From assembly GCF_009834535.1 (NCBI RefSeq), contig NC_045707.1, positions 19,282,001 to 19,346,000 of the forward strand: 64,000 nucleotides of DNA. Direction: 5' to 3'. Of the stretch, positions 1 through 13,230 are shown one piece after another. The stretch comes from Camelus ferus. Its lineage: Eukaryota. Every line of letters begins with the position of its first letter. The stretch's first letter is position 1. A program made the position numbers and the translations under genes. The notes under the pieces were generated by a model. It saw only the letters and a list, made by a program, of their open reading frames with translations. It ran no database searches and had not been told where the DNA came from.

Positions 1-1289
1 AGTGTGACTTTAAGGGAAAAAATACTGAAAAATACCCTTTGTTTGTTGGCCTCCAATGTTTGTGACGAGGTTAGAAATTGTTTAAGTAAATGTTCCTCAA
101 TATTCATAGTATGTGGTAAGTCTTTTTTCTCTAGCTATGTTAAATATTTTCTCATTATTTTGATGTTTAGCAGTGGGATTATATGCTTAGGCATTTTATC
201 ACACTTGGGAGTTACCTTGCCTTCTTGATTCTGTAAATTTATGGCATTCTTCAAATGTAGGAACTTTGCAGTCACTGATTATTCAAAATTTTTATATTCA
301 TGTATCTTGATTGCAGTTTTATGCCCAGGGCATAGAAGCATGCTTGACACGTTTCAAGCACATGACAAACATGTATTCAAGGATGGAAGAAAGGAATTAA
401 CAAATAAATGAAGGTAAATGGGATGCGTGGTGACTTCAATATAGTATATTTTGTGCAAGGAAGATCTCCTGAGAACTAAGGAGAGATGCCTCTACACTTT
501 GGCATCTCTTACATAATAAACAAACCAAAGATCCTCAGGGAAGTACTGCCTCTGAACCTGAATTTTTTGGAGAGATTTGCATACTGCTTAGGGCATCCCC
601 TGGAAACAAGCAACCGTAATCACTTGCTATGATAAACGGTTGCTAAAATTAATTACTGTGTTGTATTAACTTAAAAATATAGTAAATATGAAGAACAAAA
701 GAGATACCTGGATATTCTAAATTGCTGATCTGAGCTACAAACAGCTAAGCACAAAATGCTCACAGTGTTAAACTTATTTTAAAAATTACCTATTTCAGTG
801 TGATACCTGGGAAGGAGGGAAAAAAATCTGAGTGCTTCGTCCTGCAGCAGAGATATAAGGAACGTAAACATCAACAGACAAAATTCTTTGCCTAAGTAAT
901 TGTGTTTATATACCTTTAAGAGTAACAGTGTGTAAATTTTAGTGTATTTTGCAGGTGATTTATACATCTGAATATTATTGAAAATAAATCACCTTAACAT
1001 TCTGAGAGTATTTTATGTTAGTAGATTTAAATTTAATCCTTCTAACTTGATTGTAATTGTGGAAGACCTGAAATTGATTTATCAAATGTCACCAGTTTTG
1101 AATAAAATTTTTTTCATGATTTTGAAAGGAGGTAAAATTTCCTTTCAATTTTTAATGTAAATACTCGCTGCTAAATTTTTATTATTTCACGAGTTTTCAT
1201 TCTTATGCACCTTTGTTCACTTGTTTCTCTTACCTATTCTGCTTCCTAGTCTGTCTCACATGCCCAGTTGAGGATCCACCCTCTCGTTT

Positions 1290-1500
1290 AACATTCCTTC
1301 TTGTAAATCTCTCCCCACTGCCCCAAGCCCCAGAGAAACCTCCTCTCCTAGCCTCCAATGCCATAGGGTAAAAATGACTCTTATTTACCCTTAAGTTAAT
1401 GGAACACAGTACTTTGCTATAGTCACATGTGCATCCTGCCTCCTCAATACGTTGGTAAACTGCAGGAGTCGGGGGCACTGTCTAACACAGTACAATGCAT
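1290..1500 (+). mobile_element. Degenerate L2 3' fragment
   Basis: Resembles the recalled L2 3' end (cacagtactttgctatagtcacatgtgcatcctgcctcc...); boundaries approximate. Confidence 0.4.
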
Positions 1501-1540
1501 TCTCCATGGACCTATAAAAATTGTTTAATAAGTGTTTGCT

Positions 1541-1754
1541 ATTGATAATGAAGTCACCAAAGAAGCGTAATTGATGATGAAGTCATCAAAGAAGAAACTG
1601 GCCCTCAAGGGATGAAATGTTTATCCCTAGGAGTTTTTCATATTTAGCATAATAAGAGCTTATAAAACTCTCAACCACATTATCAACTTCATTGCAGGCA
1701 GCTTGGCTTCTGACTTACCGTATTATATTAAGACAGTCAGTATCACCTGTAAGT
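1541..1754 (+). promoter_or_regulatory. Candidate OR promoter and non-coding exon 1 for the OR at 2730
   Basis: TAATGA and TAATTG homeodomain-type sites (1546-1573), O/E(Ebf)-like CCTCAAGGGA (1603-1612) and TCCCTAGGAG (1624-1633), TATAAAA (1661-1667), consensus donor GTAAGT (1749-1754). Matching acceptor ttttag at 2696-2701. Confidence 0.5.
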
Positions 1755-2729
1755 GTCTGAACACCTGCCTAGTCACTGATTATCAGAGTCACATTTACTA
1801 GAGTTTCTCCTGTGTTCTCCTAGGTAGAGGTAAATGACAATTTTGCTGTCTCGGTCTATGTATCAGTTAAGAAGCCAAGAGCTAAACAGAAGTCACTGTC
1901 TCATCTGAATTCAAATTCAGTCTTAATGGTAGGTTTTTCTCTTTATCATCTTCCTTTACTATCTATCTATCCTCTATTGTACTTTATTTCATTTTCCCCT
2001 CTCTCTGAACCTTATTCACTTCGTTTGCATTTCATCGTATTATTCTCTTTCCATTTTCAGAACTATAACCAGAAGAAACACCAAATCTGTTTAATTTTGT
2101 TCAAATCAGGTTTACTACGTGATCAGATAGGTGTAGTATTGGAAGAGGAGATGGTAAAAGAGAAGAGAGAACTAAGACGAAGAGCGTTGGTTAGCTGAGT
2201 AGATGTGGCAAAAGGCCAAACAACTCAAGAGGTGTCGACACTATTGTACTGAATTACTTCCACTGTGTAGCTTAAACCTAAAGCTGGATTTCTGTTCTCA
2301 GCCATCATACACCGCTTCCTTCTCTATTGCCCTCATAGTCAGCTCCTTGAGGTGATATTTATATGGTCAGCAGTCAGGCTGAGTGTAGATAATATGACAT
2401 TTTTGCCCTTACATACTGAGGAAAGAAGAAATCAATTTTTTTCACATGCATGTTCTTCTCTTCATTTCATTATGATAAATATAACTAAACCAGAATAGAA
2501 CAATGACTTATAAGATACCCTTCTATTTCATCAGATTTGTACAACATATTTGCTTTTTCTCAAAAGTAACAGCTTTTGCTAGCGTTTATCTTACATGAAT
2601 CACATCCCAAAAAGCGTTCCTTTAGCAATGACTAATATTTTGATATAGTTATCTTCATGTTTTACCAGTCCCTTTACATAATTTTTTCTCAATATTTTTA
2701 GCAGAGCAGAAGCAGAGCAGAAGGCAAGG

Positions 2730-3665
2730 ATGGAAAACCATACAACAGTGACAGTGTTTATCTTAGTAGGATTGACAGAGGACCCCAGATTGAAGATTGC
2801 GCTCTGTGTCTTCCTGCTTCTCACCTACTTGTAAAGCATCTCAGGCAACTTGATGATCATCACCCTCACTAAGCTGGATTCTCATCTCAAGACCCCGATG
2901 TATTTCTTTCTTCGCAACTTTTCTTTCTTAGAAATCTCTTACACAACAGTCTGTATCCCCAAATTGCTGGCTAGCATGGCAACTGGTGACAAAAGCATTT
3001 CCTATAACTGTTGTGCTGCTCAGTTATTTTTTGCCTTCCTTCTTGGTGCATCTGAATTTTATCTCCTGGCTGCCATGTCCTATGACCGCTATGTCGCCAT
3101 CTGTAAGCCCCTGCACTACACAACCATCATGAGCAGCAAAATCTGTATCCAGCTGGTCCTTAGCTCCTGGATGGCTGGTTTCCTCATCATTTTTCCAGGA
3201 CTCCTTTTAGGCTTAAGCCTGGATTTCTGTGACTCCAATGTCATTGATCATTTCTACTGCGACACCGCTCTTCTCCTGCAGATCTCTTGCACAGATACAC
3301 ATTTGTTGGAAATGATGAGTTTCATCTTAGCTTTGGTGACTCTCCTGGTCACTTTGGTATTAGTGATTCTATCGTACACTTATATTGCCCTGACGATTTT
3401 AAAAATTCCTTCTGCCAATCAGAGAAAAAAGGCTTTTTCCACTTGTTCTTCTCACATGATTGTCATCTCCCTCTCATACGGCAGCTGCATCTTCATGTAC
3501 ATTAAACCCTCGGTCAAACAGAGGATATCCTTAATGAAGGGTGTTGCAGTTCTCAACACCTCTGTCGCCCCACTGTTGAACCCCTTTATTTATACTCTAA
3601 GGAACCAGCAGGTGAAGCAAGCATTTAAGAACCTGCTACAAAGAGTTCTGTCTTTATCCAGGTAA
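2730..3665 (+). pseudogene. OR6C-subfamily olfactory receptor pseudogene (OR6C74-like) with one premature stop
   Basis: ATG at 2730 gives MENHTTVTVFILVGLTEDP...LLLTYL*SISGNL. In-frame TAA at 2832-2834 (codon 35). The frame continues through [34 protein letters not shown] and [12 protein letters not shown] to the stop at 3663-3665. Confidence 0.93.
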
Positions 3666-4789
3666 AATCATGATGAAGTATATAAGGGAAATTGATTATT
3701 AAGGAAAATGGCAAAGGAAATGCTTGGATTGGGTCCTGATTTTCTGATGGCACTACTTTTGTCCTTTCACTTCTTTCTGCTGTGTCATGATATTTATATT
3801 CGCTGTTGTTTCCCAATGATGTCTTCCATTTCAAAATAGCAAAACTTTCTTTTCTTATTCCATTATAAACATTCTCCAATTTGATCCCTTTCTCTCTTCT
3901 TCACTCATTTAAGTGTAGTGAATATTTGAAAGTTTATTTTAATCAATTTTATGCATTATTTCATGGAGACTGAATTATTTCTATGTATGTGCAGTAAATT
4001 TTGTTCTCATATTTGATTTTTTAAAAAATTTTAGCAAGTTCAAAATGATTATCTGATATGGCTTCTTTGGAATTTGTTTATCACTGGCTTTTTGTCTTGA
4101 TACACATTTTCTATTCTTTATAAATAAAGATATTCAAAGTGGGAAGTTAAGATTAAATAGCAATGCCATTTTTTGTCCTGAGAATTAAAAAAAAAATTCA
4201 AACTATGCTAGTGTTATAAAAAAAATCATATGGTATATTGTATTTTTGTTACATGCTATTCCATATAGGTAGGTAAATATTGAGTCATGAGGTGTAGTAA
4301 ATCTAGGTAACTTTGATTAAGAATAAAATATGGCCAGAGAGGTCAATTTGATACTTTACCAGACATTTCCTATTCACCTTGGAACTAACTGTTTTTTAGA
4401 GTCTACATAATAACATAATCATATAAGAAATAATAATAATAATATAATCATAACCAGTTAATTTATTTTGAGATATTATAAGGCCAATGTGAAAGTATAA
4501 AATAACTGTGGATGAAATTATTAAATGCTAATTATTAATTCATTTATGTTACCGAATATACTTAGCATATACTATTAGGAAAAAAACAACAAAATAAACC
4601 ACGTGAGTCCTTTTCTTTAGAAGCATGTAATCTAGTTGTAAATAAAAAATAGTCATAACAGAAACCAGAAAATCCAATAAAACTGTTTAATTCTACCAAG
4701 TAATAAGATTGTGATCATAGGCATGTAAGATTTAATTTAAAACAACTCCGGGTACAATTGAAGTCGTATATTTTAAAACTATTTAAAAA

Positions 4790-5315
4790 TCAGGTCTCCA
4801 TATGTAGCTGCCATTTTATAGAAAACACAGGTACAGATGATCGTGTTAAATAATGTCAGACGGATCCAAACTATTCAGTTGAGAAAGTGGCATATTCTAT
4901 ATTAAAATAACTCAATTATTTCAACAAACCAAAAGCATAGAAAAAAAGATGTTAGGGGATATTACTCTAGACATTTTAAAAACTAACGATGTATCCATCA
5001 AGTGAAACATGTAGACTTAGCCAAATAAGCTGCAAAGTGGCATTTTTAAGGGGTTGGGTAATTTAAAAACATGTGGTCTATGATAATGTCACTGGAGTTA
5101 CGTTTTTAAATTCCTTATCTGTTAAATAATGGCATATTTAGGGATGACATGATATGGTATCTGTTGTTTGTTTTAAAATTGTGCTCTAAAAATATGAGAG
5201 AGCTAAAGACTAAACAGAAATAGCATAGTGTTTATCACAGCGGAAGCTGAAGAACCAGTTCACGGGTGTCCATTATATGTCTCTCTATAGTGTGTATGCG
5301 TAAGTTTACCTAATA
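4790..5315 (+). mobile_element. Old L1 (L1MC-like) 3' UTR fragment
   Basis: Similar to recalled L1MC 3' end segments; heavily diverged. Confidence 0.45.
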
Positions 5316-5779
5316 AGTAGTTTATCATAAAAATTAGCTGAGGACAAGTTAGAGAGAAGGCGTATGGCATGGTTAATGTTCCAATTTACATACTAGTTTT
5401 CTTCAACTATCTCCTAATTTATTCGATAATTTGATTAACTTACCCATGCCCTTTTCTTACATTTTCAAATATAGTAAAAAAGAACACTCATGATAGTGTA
5501 TAAATGAAGAAGGGAAAACTAAATATGCACTAATTCTATGAACATTCTTACTCTATGTGTAATGTTTGCTGGAATTGGTACCATAAGATTCTAAACCCTG
5601 AACACCCCGACTTCTACAACTCTTGCACCTGATGCTAAGGACAGTTACACAAAGAAAGTGGTCCCAGACACTTTTTATTTATGAATAATACTTCCTTTCC
5701 AAACCCCTAACTACAGTCTGCATAGGAAAGTAGGCTAGAAAGTATTTTTAATATTATTTAGGTCATTATTAAGAACTAC

Positions 5780-5995
5780 TATTTCTGTACCAGGCATCAT
5801 CCTAGCTGTCTGTATGTACTATCCGAATTTTCAAAATCAAGACAAAACAAGACAACTTGTAACAAATTATCCTTATTTTAACTTGTGAAAAAAATGAACT
5901 TCAATAAGTAACAGTAAATTACCCAGGATCACATTGCTAGTTAGTAAGAGAGACAGATCTCAAATTCATTTCTGTTTGACTCCAAAGGCTGTGTG
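5780..5995. mobile_element. MIR SINE
   Basis: MIR core-like text: aaattacccaggatcacattgctagttagt...tttgactccaaag. Confidence 0.6.
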
Positions 5996-6370
5996 CTACT
6001 CAGAACCAGCACCCCCAGGAGTTTGCAGCAGAGTAGGGTACAGGCATGCCCAGAGAGCGGTAACTTCTGTTTGTGGGTTGGGTTTGGAGGTGCGAAAGGA
6101 GACTTTTAGGCTCTCAGACACTCAGGTGCAAAAAGAGACTCCTAGTAACCTGATGTCACACCAGGTTACATCAGGCTGATATAATTTACTGTAGTATCCT
6201 GTCATTTAACACATGTGACATGCCATTTAAAAAGCTGAAAAGCTCTGTAATAGAGTGGGTATGTACTTGGAGAAGCTTCTTACATGTTTAATATACAGCC
6301 TGGCACAGAGTTAAACTGTCTTGAAATTTGTAGGTAATTGTTTCTGTATGCCTGGGATAATCTCATAATT

Positions 6371-6412
6371 TCTCTCTCTCTCTGTCTCTCTCTCTCTCTC
6401 TCTCACACACAC
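6371..6412. repeat. (CT)n(CA)n microsatellite
   Basis: Directly visible. Confidence 0.95.
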
Positions 6413-7130
6413 CCCTTTATCTTGAGCTCTATCTCAGTCCTTTTACTTATTTATTTATTTGTGGAGGATGACTTCCAAAGAACCCGTGGGTTCATAAACC
6501 ACACTAGGATCCATAAACCACAGTTAGCCAATCAAGCCATTGGACTCCCTGATCAGTTCAAGGTTGCACCTCTAACCCAGGCTTCAAAAATGACCATTTT
6601 CTCTCTATAAACAAGGACTCAATTAGTTAGGCATGAGGGCAAAATCAGTTCAGTAAAACTCAAGTCAATAAATGTAAATGTTAGAGAGAATATTATTTTC
6701 TGTTAGAATTAGAGCTATGAATATAAAAAAAGAAACTAGGGTCTTTGGGAGACACGAAAGAGGGCATGTTTACATGACTATGAAGCCAGTATACAGAAAA
6801 TCAGGGTCAAGAAAGAACTGGGGAAGTGTAAATACCAATGACGTAACTTGGTTTCCTGTAAGGAACCTTAGCAACTGCTAGCATCCCTAGAAATTTCAGG
6901 TTGGATTTTCTATGCTCATAATCAAAACGAGTCTATTTATTTGTTCTATCTGATAAATGTTATCTCTGTGCCACTCTGTACATCCCAGCCCTTGGCAGCT
7001 TTCCAGACTTTTCTTGTTCAAAGAAAACTAATGAAAGACAGATGCATTCAGGACTTCAGTTAATTGCAATGTACCAATGCTTCTTTCTTTGACATATCTT
7101 TTTATTTTGATGGTAGCATAATGATCATAC

Positions 7131-7771
7131 TGTTACTAAAACAAACTTGAGTCCACATGCCCATGCTCAGTAAAATCACAATCAGGCTGTGGTGAAGGAA
7201 AGTGCAGGTGAAAAACCAGGAGTGTGGGCAGCTAATGCTCAAAAAACTCAAACTCCCTGATGGGTTTCAAGGAAGCCTTTTTAAAATCAACTTGAAGGAG
7301 GAGAGTCACACGGGCATGATCAGCTCATGCACAATTCTCTGACTAATGATGAGGTGACAGGGCAGGGTCACAGGAGTTAAGGCCATCAATCCATAGGCTT
7401 AGCTGGTCTGGGGGCCGTGTTCACAGTCATCATGCAGTTAACTTCGTCCATTTGGTGGGGGTTTTGGTACCTATAAAACAACTCAGGCATGTGCATCAGA
7501 CGCTGTTACCTATGTCCTTCAGGAAGGAACTAAAGATTCTGCGATTGCTGCATGGTTGATACACTGTTTAAAATTGTTACCAGTTCTCCCAGCACCACTG
7601 CTATTTCTGTCCCTACATGTTCACATCCTTTTAATCATTAATTCTTGAGTCAGGCTTTTGTGACTCAGAGGAGGTCTGGGAGAAGACAGCTTTTCTACAG
7701 GCAAGAGGCAGGCAGAGGACGTGGGGGTGGTTCTGTCCTAGGAAGGCCCCACAGGGTCATGTTTGGTTACA
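7131..7771 (-). mobile_element. ERV1-class solo LTR, 641 bp
   Basis: TG...CA termini (tgttac...gttaca) flanked by a 4-bp direct repeat ATAC (7127-7130, 7772-7775). The minus strand starts tgtaaccaaacatgaccctgtggggccttcc, like recalled artiodactyl ERV1 LTRs. Confidence 0.85.
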
Positions 7772-8799
7772 ATACAAGATATTTACATTAGCAGAAACTG
7801 GGTAAAAAATTTCCCAAATGAAAGAGTTTACTGAAAATCAATCTGTCCCCCAAAATGTCAACAAAAACTACTTGATGTCATTAGGGAACAAAAATAGCAC
7901 CTAGGACTTGAGAAGCCTGGGTCTTGGAGAGGATACTTACCAAGAGGATCCCATATATTCGACAACTTTGTATTAGAATATTTTGCTCTTTTCCACGTAG
8001 TTGGTGGTAAACATCACTCCCAGTGATGGTGTGTGAAAGCTTTCTTCTCCCGCACGAGGCTGGAGGGAAACAAATGGGAATCCTTATCTATCAGTGTAAG
8101 CGGGACCTTTCCTGGAGAAAAGAAACTTGTCTAAAAAGCAACTGAAGACTCATCAGCCTGACATTTTTCAGTGCTTTTTCCATCAACACGTTTAATCAAT
8201 CTCAATCCTCAAGCAATGGAAGCCTGAGACCACAAGTATAAAGCAGCAGCTAGCTGATGAAGAATCTTAGAAGAAATTCTTGCTAGTCTCTGAACATTTT
8301 TGCCATTTATGTTGCCAAGTTGAAAGAGCCTGGGTAAAATACAGGCTTTCAGTTCAGAGCACTGTAATCTTATATCCTAAGAATAAACACAATGAATTCA
8401 TCATTTCTCAAGAAGTATGAAACATAGGAAGCACGAAACATCATCTCATTCCTTGTTTTGACCAAGGCTGTCTACCTTCACCTGTGGGTCAAGATAAATG
8501 AAATCCTATTTGTAGAAATAAATCATTTTCCAGAGCCTTTAACATTTGCATATAGTTACGAGTATAGAGGAAACAATTTACAAGCATACCAGAGTTTCAA
8601 ATGATCAAAAGTTAAAAAACAAACAAAAAAAAACACACACACACAAATAGAAAGAGACTCAAGATCTACATATATTTAGTGCACAATATATAAAGAAATT
8701 AACAACTTAAGATAACTGGTATTTGGACAATAACTGACAAATATCAGAGCTATTTAAAACAAAATTAATTTATTTTTATCTGTTTAGATGTTCGGGCTG

Positions 8800-9105
8800 G
8801 TATGTCAAAGCTCTTCCTTAAAGTCATTGCATTTCTATGCTGGTATGACCTACAGCGGTGTCAGAATTCTGGATGTGTTCCGTCTTGCTTATTCACCTTT
8901 CCTAGTCATTTACTCGTACTCATGGCTCAAAAAAGGCCTGCTACCACATCTACATAACAATAGTGAGAGGGGGGCAAAGTGGAAGAGGAGGAACAACCAC
9001 TTGAATCAGAAGATAATCCACGCAAGTTGAACAAGGGATCTTCATTTACATCCTTTGGACAGAATTTAGTTACATGGACACAACAAGTCGCAAGGAAGGC
9101 TAGCT
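8800..9105. mobile_element. MaLR (MLT1-type) LTR remnant
   Basis: cctttggacagaatttagttacatggacacaacaagtcgcaaggaaggc resembles the recalled MLT1J/K motif. Confidence 0.5.
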
Positions 9106-11153
9106 ATAGACACTGATAAATACGCATTCAATGTAGAAAAGGTAGAGAATGCTTAGTTATGAGATATCAGTTTAAAATCCAGTAGAAAATACCACAGAGA
9201 CTGTTTGGAGAAAAGACAGCTTTCAGAAAAGCAGCTGAGGTCATACAGGACACGAAGTGGTAGACGTGTCTGGAGAATTAATACTGGTGCCTTTGGCCTG
9301 AGGGACACATTTTTCTATGACAGCCCAAGTTCTCTGACTTATATAGTCAATTTTTATTACCAATTAAAATAATGTTTTCTTTTCTGTTTCCAAATCCTTC
9401 CGTATGTGTTTGGGATTTCAAAACTTGAGTGTGTGGGAGGGCAAAATATACTAAGGAAATCGACACTGAATTCTCTGGAGACATAAAGGAGGTTTTTGTT
9501 TTAATATATAATTTTACTTTTTAAAATATTTAGTGCCTGAGAAGAACACTTGTATAACATATCATTTTGATCCTCTGGAAACAATTTCCTTGAATCTCAT
9601 ATCCTCCTGAGATGTCTTCATAATCTTTAGATCTGTTCCTTCAGGGCACAGAAAGCATAAATACTCCATGGGATAAATGTTGGCTAACTTTTTGTGGCAT
9701 TGTGGGTAATGCTTGGAAATGTGTTCCACACACAAATAATCAAATTGTTGTAATGGGAAAATGTTATACTCTAGTCCAAATATCTGAGGGGAAAAAAAAG
9801 CTTTAGTTACACAGCATTTACTTTTATCAAGTTGCCATAAATGGGTAAGAAAAAACAGGCATAGACCAAGGGGTGGAGTGAGATCCATTCCAACAGGAAC
9901 GGAACATCAGTGTCTCTGTTCAGCATGATGGTAAAGGAGCTGAACACTGAAGCAGAGAGGATTTTGTCAGAATTAATGTCTGTATCTATCGCCTTAAAAA
10001 AGATGTTTGTAAGTATTTTTGACAAACGGCTTTGGATTCAAAAAGATAAAAAGAACTGGTATGTCTAAAATTAAAAGACCATATTTCTTGTTAGATATAT
10101 TTTAACTTACTTTTATTCTGTTTTTCCCATTATTAATCTCTTTTTTTTAACCTTTTAAATTTTGATTTGAGGAAAATGATGAAGGAAGACATATGAAGTA
10201 CAATGATAATTTAGTACTGAAAAACTTTTCCTTTTTAAATTTATCTAATACTGACAATATCTAACAAAACTAAACTTCATTACCTTCATAGGCCTGCCTT
10301 GCTAATGGTTTGTAATGTGAACTTTGTTATTTTTTCACAGTGTGTGTTGGAATTAGCTGGTGTTTGTGATTGTTGAATCTTGACAAAGAAGTAATTTGAC
10401 ATGGTAAAATTCTGATTATGTGTTCAGATACATGCATTTCTACTATTGTTGCCATTGAGCCATTTGTGTAAATAAAAAAAATTGAAATACATTGCTTCAT
10501 GATTATGTGAATGTTAAAGCAATGTCCAGGATAAGAACAGTCACTTCTGTTGTATATGTCTATGTTATTACGAGAGCAGATCTCATTCTTTAATCTTAGA
10601 ATCCTTAAGCTTCTCTAGATATTACTGGAACAACTTTTATTTGTCCTTCTATGCTTATTTTTCTTGATAGATATGCCTTTTCAATAAAAATGTGTGTTTG
10701 AGAGAGTGGAAATAATAATCTTGATAACCTCAATGCAGAACACATTGTCTTAGAGTGCCCATCACAAAGACTTAATCATCTTAACGTGTTTGATGATGAA
10801 GAAACTGAGGAAGTAACATTTCCTTAGCAATATCATTGACCTTTTTTGTTAAAGAAATACACTATATCTGGTCTAAATTATTTGTACAAAATGTTGTACT
10901 TTTAAGAGGACAGCTTTGAAAAATACACTTTCAAACTGAATCCTGACCTTGAATTTGTTAGCTCTGCAAATCTGAACAGCAGGGCTGTCTCACTTGATAT
11001 ATGCCCAGTGTGGAGAATGGTTACCTACAGTTAATGTTTCTTTAATGACATGTTAGTCATACATTTAAATATCCTTGGGATTGGGAAATGGGTGCCTCCT
11101 AACTTTCTGCCAACAATTCTGAGACTCATTATATATGTTTGAAATTACCAAAT

Positions 11154-11181
11154 ACTCACTCCCGATCACTCACTCCCGATC
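11154..11181. repeat. Perfect 14-bp tandem duplication (actcactcccgatc)x2
   Basis: Directly visible. Confidence 0.9.
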
Positions 11182-11904
11182 AGCCTTGCTGATCTCAAAA
11201 TTGTTCATCTTTTCAGTCTATATTTAGGGCAAAGAATAAAGTGATAAGTGTGAAGAACAGAAGCAGATGGAGAGAAATTTCGTTAGTCACAATTTCCTCC
11301 TTACGATTTTTATTTGCTAATTTTTACTTACTACATTACTTATTTTACTTACAACTTTAAATATTTTAATTTTAAAAAAATGACTTCTTTGCATATTCCC
11401 ATCTTCTTTTAAATTTTTCTGAAAACAACTATCCTATCTCTAAGAGCCCTTCTGCCTTTCTAGGTTTCCATAAGTCTCTGTCTTTCTCTTTTCTCTTCCT
11501 CTTAAGCCTTCCACAATTTCCTGAACACATGTTTATATATTTTTATCTGCTCGTGTGTCCTGTATTTCCACTTCTTTTTTTTTTTTTTGACCTGGTCTAC
11601 TCTCAGAATCGTAACATGTAGAGGAAAACTCCAATTTCTTGTTACACATACTGAAATTTTCAGATTATTTCTGCTGATTTGGGGGGCAGGGACCAAAATG
11701 GGAAGTGTGAGAGCAGTAATAGAGACTGAGAAAGGAAATACTAATGAGGACAGCAAATAAATACATTCCAAATGTCTCATATTCACTTATCTGAAATAGG
11801 ATCTCACAAGCCATGGAAGTACACGGCACAGTTATCAGGCATTTGAGTTTGATTGAGTAAAATGGTGTAGGTACATTAGCCATGATATTAACGATGGCTA
11901 GGGC

Positions 11905-11942
11905 TGTGTGTGTGTGTATGTGTGTGTGTGTGTGTGTGTGTG
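11905..11942. repeat. (TG)n microsatellite
   Basis: Directly visible. Confidence 0.95.
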
Positions 11943-12394
11943 AATGAAAAACACGGGCTGATATATACATGACAGGAATCATTTTGCGCTTCTTACGCAA
12001 ATCTCTTAATTAAACAGGAAATGACGTTAATCCCAACTCTTGCAATAAAATCAAGACAGGAAAAAGCATTTTTCTATACTTTAAGGCTATTTAATTTATC
12101 TCTAATTTATTCACATAAAAACAATCAAAATTTACTACCATCACATAGGTTATTCTGCGTTAGAACTGCAATTAAGATTGATATATCTGTCCAGATACTC
12201 TGGACAAGCAAACTGTTGTTCCTCCTGGCTTAACCATTGTTAAAACTTGAATGAGCATTGTGTTATTCTATCTGAAACATAATTTTGCTAACTTCACCTT
12301 AAACACTAGTTATCATTATTATTTTTCCATTGAAATCATCATTTTCTTTATTTCCTATGTTTCCTATGTAGACCTGGAAGAGTGTAGGCCAGTA

Positions 12395-12535
12395 ATGGGA
12401 AACCGTATAAGAATGACAGTGTTTATCCTCGCAGGTTTGACTGATGACCCACAACTGAAAGTTGTGTTATTTATCTTCTTGCTTCTCACCTACTTGCTGA
12501 GCATCACTAGCAATCTCATCATCATCACACTCACT
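12395..12535 (+). pseudogene. 5' fragment (47 codons) of an OR6C-type gene
   Basis: [47 protein letters not shown] is collinear with the N-terminus and TM1 of the OR at 2730. OR similarity stops abruptly after that. Preceded by an acceptor-like ttcctatgtag. Confidence 0.88.
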
Positions 12536-12639
12536 ATCACCAAGAAAACACTGAAAAAAATTTTAAAACCTTATTTCAGTTTCTTTGATTTTGTTGTTAT
12601 ACTGTACCACTAGACAATGTATCATATATATATACACAC

Positions 12640-13230
12640 ACATTTTTATGATAAATGAATTGTTCATTAATGATAACCATGGTAATTCTCTATTCTTGCT
12701 TTTATTATTTTCCTTTTCTTGATTTCAATATTTATCTTAGTTATTTTTATTTTTGTAGAATAAAACTATTTAAATATCATAGCATTTTCAATATTGGTAT
12801 ATTTTCATTTTATAATTTTATACATACTACTACATAACATTATTTTCTACTACCTCAAATTTCAAGTTTAATTTCCTATTAGAATTAAGAATTATTTTAG
12901 GTTTTCTCTGCTTTGTTTTCAAAATTTGTTAGTTCCTGTTCTTTTTTTCTCTTAAAAATTATTTTCCTGTTTTATAATTTTTCAGAAATTTTGATTTTGT
13001 CCTATATTTGTATCTCATAAATGTTATTTTTTAACTTAGTGTGTTATCAAATTAATCATTTTCTATAGATATTTTGGGGAAATGTGTTTTATCTGTATAG
13101 TAAATTGTTTCATACATAAGTAACAAAAATTTATTGAAGTTTTATTAATTTTTCAACTTGTTCTGTTGCCAATATAGCTTTCATTATAGTAAATTTATGC
13201 TTATATTTAAATTTTAAAAATATATCTTGC
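12640..13230 (-). mobile_element. Probable ancient L1 fragment (T-rich)
   Basis: Very T-rich sequence with the texture of antisense L1; no reading frame recoverable. Confidence 0.3.

Noticed and set aside
609-644. 9-bp inverted repeat agcaaccgt/acggttgct
   Set aside because: Several hairpins of this size are expected by chance in 64 kb.
6143-6175. Overlapping inverted repeats (gtaacctg/caggttac, cctgatgt/acatcagg)
   Set aside because: Arms are only 8 bp, and there are no ncRNA hallmarks.
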